This document shows positions 63,432 to 64,000 of a stretch of 64,000 bases of DNA, one piece after another (the stretch's first letter is position 1; each line of letters opens with the position of its first letter). The stretch covers positions 3,577,098 through 3,641,097 of the forward strand of contig CM119266.1 in the NCBI GenBank assembly GCA_051294375.1. The letters run 5' to 3'. The notes under the pieces were generated by a model. The model did no database searches. It saw only the letters and a list, made by a program, of their open reading frames with translations, and had not been told where the DNA came from. This DNA is from Paraspadella gotoi (Eukaryota; Animalia; Chaetognatha). The position numbers and the translations under genes were made by a program.

Positions 63432-64000
63432 AATCGATCGAAATGCCAATCGCTGGATTCATTGACGGTGAAAGTCCGCCACGCGTTCGCTAATCGATAT
63501 TTTTATACAAAAGGTTTTTCATTTCGTAACCAAACATTATTTTCGCGCTTTTGGAAAAAACGACGTAAAATGTTTGTCTCTCTCTCTATCCCTCTCTTTC
63601 TATCTGTCTCTCTCTTTCTCTTGATAGACGTTACGTCAACCAAAAACGTCATTTTTATTGTGCGCAATTCCATCTGTGAGAAAAACTTTTTAGATGAATT
63701 TTTCAGATGAATTTAACAAGTCCTAAAATACTCTTCAAATTTTTATATCAGCTCCACAGTTTTTTCGACCATATCGTGTCGGACATGAGAGTATTTTCTT
63801 TTCTCTACTGTTGAAAAGATTTTGGTTATCAATTAGGATTACCAGTGGCTTTAGATAGCAGTCTTCGTCTCTTTGAGAAATCTTGGAAGATTTTTTCAAT
63901 TGAGAATTTCGTTCAAATCTGACAACCAAACTTTATAAAAGCCCCAAGAAAAATTGAATATAGAAAATATTAACCAAAATCTTCGGAAAATTCTCCCCTT

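Overview
Animal (invertebrate bilaterian; the H2B N-terminus suggests a spiralian, low confidence) nuclear scaffold, AT-rich, microsatellite-rich, with N gaps and local indel noise. Hand-spliced genes in order: thymidine phosphorylase (+, partly assembled twice); an orphan 100-aa single-pass membrane protein (-) preceded by three phased TCACGTGA boxes; a ZIP12/ZIP4-like zinc transporter (-); CIMIP1/C20orf85 (-) with an RFX X-box; an unrecognised multi-copy -YLamide neuropeptide precursor (-); a six-gene replication-dependent histone cluster (H4, H3, H4, H1, H2B, H2A) with a shared AAAGATTGTC downstream element; an atypical C-type lectin (+); a putatively secreted protein ending in a VHL beta-like domain (-); and a two-domain S1 serine protease (+). 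Introns hold hAT, Tc1/mariner, Kolobok-like and Ginger-like MITEs, DINE-1/Helentron-like elements, tRNA-derived SINEs and Penelope-type hammerhead ribozyme motifs. All family calls are by eye; no database search was run.
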